From Thermoproteaceae archaeon (GTDB taxonomy: Archaea; Thermoproteota; Thermoprotei; Thermoproteales; Thermoproteaceae), in contig WANN01000012.1 of assembly GCA_015521775.1 (NCBI GenBank), forward strand, positions 78,980 through 110,979: a stretch of 32,000 bases of DNA, in the 5' to 3' direction. Positions within the stretch are counted from its first letter, which is position 1, and the number at the start of each line of letters is the position of its first letter. The translations under genes were made by a program, and so were the position numbers. Shown in pieces: positions 26,048 to 32,000 of the stretch. The notes beneath the pieces were generated by a model. That model did no database searches. It was not told the DNA's origin and saw only the letters and a list, made by a program, of their open reading frames with translations.

Positions 26048-27325
26048 TCACCTGCATTTGATGAATGTGTCCGGCCTTGACGTATGTGACATCTCGTAGG
26101 CGAGAGGCGTCACCATCACCTCGGGCACCCTATCGGCGGGGTAATTGGCGAGCGCCCAGGCCAGCTTCACATAGGCAACTTCAGGCACCATGTCCTCAAG
26201 GGGAATCACCCCAAGCCTAAGCAATTCCCTTCCCCTCGAATAGACGCGCAGATTCACGCGGCCGAAAAGCGTCTGGCTGGTCATGAACACGTGCACCCCC
26301 ATGTCTATAGCCCTTTTCAACGAGCCGAGCAGCTGTTCCCCCACATGGCCGAACCCCGTCCCCTCGAGGACTATACCCCTAATACCCGCCTCCACAAGCG
26401 CGTCCACGAGCTGCGGCGGCATACCTGGGTAATATTTGACCAGCGCAGCGCGGTCGCTGAATGCGGGCCTCGCAAGGACCTGGCCGTCCCGCCTCCTATA
26501 ATCCGATGCGACAAGCCTCAGGCCGCCCCCCTCGGCATACACATAGGCTAAAGGCACGCCGTTAACCGCCGTAAAGGTGTCCCTCCTAGAGGTATGCATC
26601 TTCCTAACCCTTGTACCCCTATGCACGGCTATTACGCCGTCCTCCATGCCGCTGTGCATGGCCACAACAGACTCCGCGAAAGGCGCCTCTTTCGCAGTTA
26701 TTATGGCCCCAAGCAGGTTTTCGTAGGCGTCGCTGGACGGCCTATCGCTGCTCCTCTGAGCGCCAACGAAGACCACCGGGCCGGGGCTGGCCCTTAGGGC
26801 GAAGGCCAATGCGGCGGCCGAGTAGTGCATCGTGTCCGTGCCGTGCATCACGACGGCGCCGACTGCCCCCTTACCGAGCTCCGACTCGACGGCGCTCGCC
26901 ATCTTTGCCCAGTCAGCTGGCGCCATGTCCTCGCTGAACTTGGAGAATAGGGGTACCACGGTGACCGAGGCCAAGCCCTCGAGCTCGGGGACCAGTTCAA
27001 AGAGGTAGTCCGGATCCAACGAGGGGTAGACCCCGCCGGTCTTATAATCAACCCGCGACAATATGGTGCCCCCCGTAACTATCACGGCGACCCTATCGCC
27101 GGAACCCGCAGTACGCCTCTCGAACGCCTCTTCCCAACGCCTTTGCTCCACCTCCCCAATGACCTCCCACTTGGCTATGTCCCTCTTGGAGATGCCGATA
27201 TTGTACCCGTTTCTCAGCTTCAGCACTACTACGTCGAACCCCGTAAAGAGATGAGGCTGTATTACTATGCCTTCAAGGACCCGCCCATCTGCTAGGCGTA
27301 TTCTGACCGCCTTGTTAGGCTCCAT
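26048..27325 (-). CDS. gatD: Glutamyl-tRNA(Gln) amidotransferase subunit D
   Basis: The asparaginase-like domain has IVTGGTI and VVMHGTDTM. 425 aa. It lies upstream of gatE. Confidence 0.95.
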   Translation of the reverse strand: MEPNKAVRIRLADGRVLEGIVIQPHLFTGFDVVVLKLRNGYNIGISKRDIAKWEVIGEVEQRRWEEAFERRTAGSGDRVAVIVTGGTILSRVDYKTGGVYPSLDPDYLFELVPELEGLASVTVVPLFSKFSEDMAPADWAKMASAVESELGKGAVGAVVMHGTDTMHYSAAALAFALRASPGPVVFVGAQRSSDRPSSDAYENLLGAIITAKEAPFAESVVAMHSGMEDGVIAVHRGTRVRKMHTSRRDTFTAVNGVPLAYVYAEGGGLRLVASDYRRRDGQVLARPAFSDRAALVKYYPGMPPQLVDALVEAGIRGIVLEGTGFGHVGEQLLGSLKRAIDMGVHVFMTSQTLFGRVNLRVYSRGRELLRLGVIPLEDMVPEVAYVKLAWALANYPADRVPEVMVTPLAYEMSHTSRPDTFIKCR

Positions 27326-27334
27326 TAATAGTGG

Positions 27335-27496
27335 CTATATTGGCTGAACGGCAGGTTGCACCGCGTAGAGCACCCTCCGCCTATAGTTACGCGAGTTCCT
27401 TCTGCGTGGCGGCAAGTCCTTCTTCGGCTTTGGAGGTATCTTTGGCGTCTGGTTCCTGACCTTGCCGGCCTTGGTTAGTGAGCCGTGGCTACCCAT
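27335..27496 (-). CDS. rps30e: 30S ribosomal protein S30e (eS30)
   Basis: The product begins [26 protein letters not shown]. The track ATG at 27517 lies inside the TATA box itself, and ATG 27496 is 26 nt downstream of it. Confidence 0.85.
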   Translation of the reverse strand: MGSHGSLTKAGKVRNQTPKIPPKPKKDLPPRRRNSRNYRRRVLYAVQPAVQPI

Positions 27497-27515
27497 GTAA
27501 TGGGCTAGGAAAACC

Positions 27516-27529
27516 ATTTAAAAAAATTA
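27516..27529 (-). promoter_or_regulatory. TATA box (taatttttttaaat on the minus strand) for rps30e-gatD-gatE
   Basis: Read directly from the sequence. Its centre is 26 nt upstream of ATG 27496. Confidence 0.5.
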
Positions 27530-27589
27530 CGTGGGCCTTTGGGAAGCCCGTGAGCCGCCTGGCTGCGACGAAGCCAGTATTGGAATTGG

Positions 27590-27594
27590 AAAAA
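27590..27594 (-). terminator. Oligo-T tract (T5 on the minus strand) downstream of the rhodanese gene
   Basis: The minus strand reads cccccatttttcc, 64 nt after the stop at 27658. Archaeal terminators are typically short T-runs. This is weak evidence. Confidence 0.25.
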
Positions 27595-27657
27595 TGGGGG
27601 TTGTTTTTACAGTTGGCTTGGGCGTCCCTGTCGAGCCTCCTTGGGCGGCGCCTTGCG

Positions 27658-28515
27658 CTAAGGCTCTTCGCCTCTCTTGATCGGAGCACCTACCAGGTTG
27701 CCCCACTCTGCCCACGAGCCATCGTACACGCGTACGGCTGGGTACCGCAGCAAGTACCTCAGGACGAACCATGTATGGGCGGCCCTTTCACCGATGCGGC
27801 AATACGTGATCACCTCCTTGTCGGGGGTTATACCCTTAGTTTCGTAGAGCTTCTTTATTTCCTCGATCGGCTTGAACTTACCGGTTTCTGGGTCCACCAC
27901 GCTGGCCCACGGTATGTTGACTGCCCCCGGTATATGCCCACCTACCTGGGTCTGCTCGTTGGCGTATTCTGGGGGTGCGGTGATTTCGCCTTTATACTCG
28001 GCGGGACTCCTCACGTCTACGAGGACTACGCTGCGCCCTACCTCGCCGTGGAGCACCTTCTGCATGACCTCCCATAGGAAGGCCCTGTGGCTACCCCAGT
28101 CGACCTTCTTTACCTTGTAATTTGTGCGTGGGTATTTCGGCACGTCTGTGGACGTGGGTCTCCCCTCCTTGGCCCATGCAGTGCGTCCCCCGTCCATAAG
28201 CTTTACATCGTCGTGGCCGTACACCTTGAAGAGCCAGAAGGCATAGGCGGCGAACCAATTGTTGAAGTCTCCGTAGAGCACCACGGTGTGTTCATTGGAG
28301 ATGCCCCTCTCGGATAGAAGCTCCTCGAACTGGGGCGGCTCCACGAAGTCCCTCTTAATGGGGTGACGCAAGTCCTTCCAAGTTATCAGAACTGCACCGG
28401 GGACATGCCACACGTTGTATGCGGTCTGCGGATCGTAGTCAACCTCGACAATCCTTATTTTTGGGTCATTGAGGCGCTCCTGCACCCATTGCGTAGATAC
28501 CAACACCTCACTCAT
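27658..28515 (-). CDS. Thiosulfate/3-mercaptopyruvate sulfurtransferase (tandem rhodanese)
   Basis: There are two rhodanese domains. The active-site loop is YCRIGERAAH in the C-terminal domain. The TATA box aaaaattaaaaatgg lies about 27 nt upstream. Confidence 0.9.
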   Translation of the reverse strand: MSEVLVSTQWVQERLNDPKIRIVEVDYDPQTAYNVWHVPGAVLITWKDLRHPIKRDFVEPPQFEELLSERGISNEHTVVLYGDFNNWFAAYAFWLFKVYGHDDVKLMDGGRTAWAKEGRPTSTDVPKYPRTNYKVKKVDWGSHRAFLWEVMQKVLHGEVGRSVVLVDVRSPAEYKGEITAPPEYANEQTQVGGHIPGAVNIPWASVVDPETGKFKPIEEIKKLYETKGITPDKEVITYCRIGERAAHTWFVLRYLLRYPAVRVYDGSWAEWGNLVGAPIKRGEEP

Positions 28516-28602
28516 AGTCTATCAAAAACATTTCCATTTTTAATTTTTGGAACATTGCATCTATTTCATGTGCGCGCAATGGTGCTGGGTCAGTGGTTAC
28601 CG

Positions 28603-29886
28603 TCAATAACCCGCATCAACTGGGTCGTTGGGTTTCATGATTTCCCGTAGCAGTGTGGTCGCGTAGTTGCCCCTCCTGAGGAGAAACGTAAGCCTCACCG
28701 AGTCGCCGTACGTCCAGTACCTCACCGATTCCGGCACTGTGAACGTAGGCCTATACGAACCGCCGCTGCCCACTTCCGGCATAGCACTTACCCTGAAACT
28801 CTCCGGGCCCACGCCCTCCCTCAACAGGATGCGCCTCACTGCGTCACCTATGGGGCCGCCCGGCAACCTAATAGAGTGGCCGGGAACCGGCAGAACTGGG
28901 ACGAACCTACCCCTCTCAATTTCCCTGTTTATGGCCTCCTCGTGTCCCCTCGACACGGTTAACACGTGCCTCGTGGGAAAGCCGTGCTCGTCGAGAAGCG
29001 CCACTAGGTCCCCCTCAGAGGCACGCGTCAACGGTATGCCGAGCCTAATCCTCTCCGAGAGGAACCTATTGAACAGGTATGATTGGTATGCCTCGACGAA
29101 TATGCGTAGCAGCTGCCGTGGTAGGGCCCTGAGGGCATTGACGTAGTTTTTCGGGTCCCTGGCCAGCCTGCTGAGGAGAAGCCTCTCGGCGTATCTGCCT
29201 CTGGGCATCGACTCGAGCGCTTTGGCGTAATCCCCCTCGCACGCCCTCCGGCGCCCCTCCTTCACCTTCTCGGACTCCCTCGGATACGTGGTACATATTA
29301 TTTCCATCACGGCGTCCCTATATCTGCCCAATACCATGTAACGCCCCACAATGTGCGTATTGGGGCGCCTCGTGCCGAACCTCTGGTAGCCGTAATATGT
29401 AGGCAAGCCCCTCTCGCCTATCTGCCTTAGGGTAGCGCCGATCAGCTCCCCATCGCTGACCTCCCTGATGACCACAGAGAACCTGTTCCCGTAAACTAGA
29501 CTTGGACTCATTGGGACATCCTTATTTATAGCCCTGAGCACGCGGAGGCCGGGCACCCCGACGTCAATGGACCCGTAGGTTCCCCGTACCGACATGATCT
29601 GTATAGCTATGGCCTTCGCGTCCTTTATTCCCCCGACGCCCACATCGTCCGGCTTTATGCCGAGCCTACGGGCAAGCCGTATAATGGCCTTCACAGTGTC
29701 TATGCCGCGCTTCTCAACGATGAGCCAGGTCCATGGGCCGGGCCGCGGCTCTGTGCCCGCCAGTGGTACCTCGACCACGACGAAATCCTCAGGGCTAGCC
29801 CTAATCCTACCGCCAGTGCCGGCCGTATCGGACACGTAGAATTCCATGCCTAGTGCCGCATCGAGGCCGCTGGCGTGTAGAGGCAC
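28603..29886 (-). CDS. truD: tRNA pseudouridine synthase TruD/Pus7 family
   Basis: GTGGRIRASPEDFVVVEV and the catalytic motif GGIKDAKA are present. The start is GTG at 29886, with ATG 29847 as the alternative. Confidence 0.9.
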   Translation of the reverse strand: MPLHASGLDAALGMEFYVSDTAGTGGRIRASPEDFVVVEVPLAGTEPRPGPWTWLIVEKRGIDTVKAIIRLARRLGIKPDDVGVGGIKDAKAIAIQIMSVRGTYGSIDVGVPGLRVLRAINKDVPMSPSLVYGNRFSVVIREVSDGELIGATLRQIGERGLPTYYGYQRFGTRRPNTHIVGRYMVLGRYRDAVMEIICTTYPRESEKVKEGRRRACEGDYAKALESMPRGRYAERLLLSRLARDPKNYVNALRALPRQLLRIFVEAYQSYLFNRFLSERIRLGIPLTRASEGDLVALLDEHGFPTRHVLTVSRGHEEAINREIERGRFVPVLPVPGHSIRLPGGPIGDAVRRILLREGVGPESFRVSAMPEVGSGGSYRPTFTVPESVRYWTYGDSVRLTFLLRRGNYATTLLREIMKPNDPVDAGY

Positions 29887-29987
29887 ACAGCTAGGTTTTT
29901 ACGGTTTTAGTACTTTTGTCGTTGCTCCATGAACGGGGCGCGGCAATGTGAATGATAGTGTTAATATCGGGCCCACATGGGCGGAAC

Positions 29988-30902
29988 ATGGCTAGGCACA
30001 TGTTGTCGTTGCTGGAATATGGCCCAGACGAGATAATGGGCATCCTCCGCCTGTCCCGCACCCTGAAGGAGCTTCCAGGGAGGGGCGGCCCGGCGCCCAT
30101 TAAGGCTGGACGCACGTTGATGCTCATATTTGAAAAGCCCAGCACTAGGACCAGGGTCAGCCTAACGGTGGCGGCGTCGCACCTCGGCATGGAGACTATA
30201 TATGCGAGTCCACAGGAGCTTCAACTTGGCAGGGGGGAAACCGTCGCGGACACCGCGAGGACACTGTCGAGGTACGTGGATGCAATTGCGGCGCGGGTAC
30301 ACCGGCACGCCACAGTCGAAGAGCTTGCCCGCCACTCCTCGGTGCCGGTGATAAATGCCCTCAGCGACCTTTACCATCCCCTTCAGGCGCTGGCGGACGC
30401 GTTGACCATATGGGAAAAAACGGGCAAGTTGCGCGGCGCAACATTGGCCTTCGTTGGCGACGTGGGGAACAACGTGGCCCGCAGCCTAGCCGTCATAGGG
30501 GCAAAGTTGGGATGGGAGGTGAGGCTCATTGGGCCCCGGGAACTATGGCCAGAAAACTTGCGGGTTTCCCTCAACGCGGAGCTCGCCTCAAGTGGGGGGT
30601 CCCTAGTCCTAAGCGAGGACCCGATGGACGTGAGGGGCGTCGACGTCATATATACTGATGTGTGGGTCTCCATGGGACAGGAAGCCGAGAGGGAGCGCAG
30701 GGTGTCCCTCTTGAAGCGGTACCAGGTAAATGCGAGGCTCATGGAGGCGGCCGGCGACCCCCTTTTCATGCATTGCCTCCCAGCAAACCGCGGCATGGAG
30801 GTCACAGACGACGTCATAGATGGGCCGCGGAGCATAGTTTGGGACCAGGCCGAGAACAGGCTCCACACGGCCAAGGCCGTGCTCGTCACGTTGGTCGCCT
30901 AA
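29988..30902 (+). CDS. argF: Ornithine carbamoyltransferase
   Basis: FEKPSTRTR, DLYHPLQALAD and HCLPANRG are present. The track ATG 29952 precedes the box gtgttaatatcgg. ATG 29988 (MARHMLSLLEY...) lies about 24 nt downstream of that box. Confidence 0.9.
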   Translation: MARHMLSLLEYGPDEIMGILRLSRTLKELPGRGGPAPIKAGRTLMLIFEKPSTRTRVSLTVAASHLGMETIYASPQELQLGRGETVADTARTLSRYVDAIAARVHRHATVEELARHSSVPVINALSDLYHPLQALADALTIWEKTGKLRGATLAFVGDVGNNVARSLAVIGAKLGWEVRLIGPRELWPENLRVSLNAELASSGGSLVLSEDPMDVRGVDVIYTDVWVSMGQEAERERRVSLLKRYQVNARLMEAAGDPLFMHCLPANRGMEVTDDVIDGPRSIVWDQAENRLHTAKAVLVTLVA

Positions 30903-30976
30903 TATATAAAATACATATCTATGCGGAATACATATATAATTTCGCGTCTAGTTATATTCGGTAACACTTTTTACTG

Positions 30977-32000
30977 ATGGGTATTATCGTAAGTATGTAC
31001 GAGCTCTATAGGGAGGTCCTCGCCAAGGTCCCTCCTATGGGCGAGTGCGCGAAAAGCGGCAAGGTGGTGGCTGTCCGCATAGATGTCAATTCTCCGTTGG
31101 ACGATGGGCAGAGGATACTGGACGATTATAGGATACAGGCCCACGCAGCGACCCTACGAGCCCTCTCGGACGTGGGCGCCAAGGTAGTCGTGTTGGCACA
31201 CCAGGGGAGGCCCGGTGGGGACGACTTCACGTCGCTGGAGCAGCATGCTGGGCTTGCCGAGAAGTATGTAGGGAAGCCGGTGAGGTTCATAGATGACAAC
31301 CAGGGCCCAGCCGCTAGGGAGGCCATAAAGGGGTTGGGGCCCGGCGAAATACTTTTCCTGGAAAATGTGAGGTTCCTCGCCGATGAGGTCATCGAAAAGG
31401 TTCCTGAGGAGCAGGTAAACGCGGTTATAGTGCGTAAATTGGCGCCCCTTTTGGACTACTACGTGTTTGACGGGTTCGCGGTTTCCCATAGATCGCAGCC
31501 CAGCGTTGTGGGCTTCCCGCTGGTGGTGCCGTCATGTATGGGCGAGGTGTTCGAGAAGGAGTTGAGGGCACTGGTGAAGGTGCAGGAGGCGAGGGGGGAA
31601 GGCGTGGTCCTCGTGGCTGGAGGGGCAAAGGTGCCGGACACTGTTAGGGCTGTGGGCCACCTGCTCAAGGACGGGCTTGTGGAGACCGTCGCTACTGGGG
31701 GGCTCGTGGGCTTCGTCTTCGCCGTTGCGAAAAACGGCTTCACTACGCCCCACGTGAGGAGGTTCGTCGAGAAGAGCGGGTTGGCTACGGCCATTACCAG
31801 GGCCAGAGAGCTCGTAGACAAGTACCCGGCTAGGATCTCGGTGCCCACGGACTTTGCGGTAGAGGTCAACGGGTCGCGTATGGACATAGACGTGTTTTCC
31901 CTGAGCAGCGATCCGCTTGATATAGGTAAAGCGACATTGGGGACCTACATGGACATGGTGAGGGGGGCCAGGACCGTGATATTTAGCGGTCCTCTGGGCG
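30977..32000 (+). CDS. pgk: Phosphoglycerate kinase, N-terminal about 341 codons (continues beyond the window)
   Basis: Hand translation gives MGIIVSMYELYREVLAKVPPMGECAKSGKVVAVRIDVNSPL...LAHQGRPGG...LENVRFL...FDGFAVSHR...AGGAKV. It is absent from the track because there is no stop in the window. The box gttatattcgg lies about 22 nt upstream. ATG 30995 is an alternative start. Confidence 0.9.
   Translation, partial: MGIIVSMYELYREVLAKVPPMGECAKSGKVVAVRIDVNSPLDDGQRILDDYRIQAHAATLRALSDVGAKVVVLAHQGRPGGDDFTSLEQHAGLAEKYVGKPVRFIDDNQGPAAREAIKGLGPGEILFLENVRFLADEVIEKVPEEQVNAVIVRKLAPLLDYYVFDGFAVSHRSQPSVVGFPLVVPSCMGEVFEKELRALVKVQEARGEGVVLVAGGAKVPDTVRAVGHLLKDGLVETVATGGLVGFVFAVAKNGFTTPHVRRFVEKSGLATAITRARELVDKYPARISVPTDFAVEVNGSRMDIDVFSLSSDPLDIGKATLGTYMDMVRGARTVIFSGPLG

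Noticed and set aside
26060-26066. A TGATGA C-box-like motif on the plus strand near the gatD stop, followed 12 nt later by TTGA. A similar ATGATGA occurs at 1224-1230.
   Set aside because: No matching C' or D boxes follow, and both are antisense to coding sequence. I treat them as chance occurrences.

Overview
This window looks like crenarchaeal chromosome, most likely from a Thermoproteales-type hyperthermophile. Coding sequence is GC-rich with ATA/AGG-rich codon usage. Intergenic islands are short and AT-rich, with TATA-like boxes about 24-27 nt upstream of start codons, which suggests leaderless transcripts. I support about 36 protein genes and found no rRNA, tRNA, CRISPR array or mobile element.

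Most genes are housekeeping:
- Protein folding, transcription and translation: thermosome, rpoK, Alba, aEF-2, signal peptidase and ribosomal protein S30e.
- RNA modification and aminoacylation: fibrillarin-Nop5, Trm1, a Trm11-like methylase, TruD and gatD/gatE.
- Metabolism: PfpI, a rhodanese, argF and pgk.

The most notable locus is a complete Arcade (actin-related cytoskeleton) operon on the minus strand at 3926-9485. It contains, in order:
- a 93-aa protein;
- crenactin;
- an arcadin-2-like protein;
- a 47-aa ORF absent from the ORF track and joined to both neighbours by ATGA overlaps;
- an 818-aa SMC/Rad50-like ATPase with a central CxxC hook;
- a basic 223-aa protein.

Other points of interest:
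- an aioB-aioA arsenite oxidase pair at the left edge, with a variant Rieske motif;
- a probable tetraether-lipid-synthase-type radical SAM gene that shares one TATA element with a divergent TrmB-family regulator;
- a 290-nt GC-rich ORF-free spacer at 16773-17062 with crossing helices;
- a divergent pair of cysteine-rich proteins around a single TTATATA box.

Many ORF-track entries are antisense shadow ORFs of the kind common in GC-rich DNA. Several longest-ORF starts are TTG/GTG codons upstream of better-placed starts, and I re-called those.
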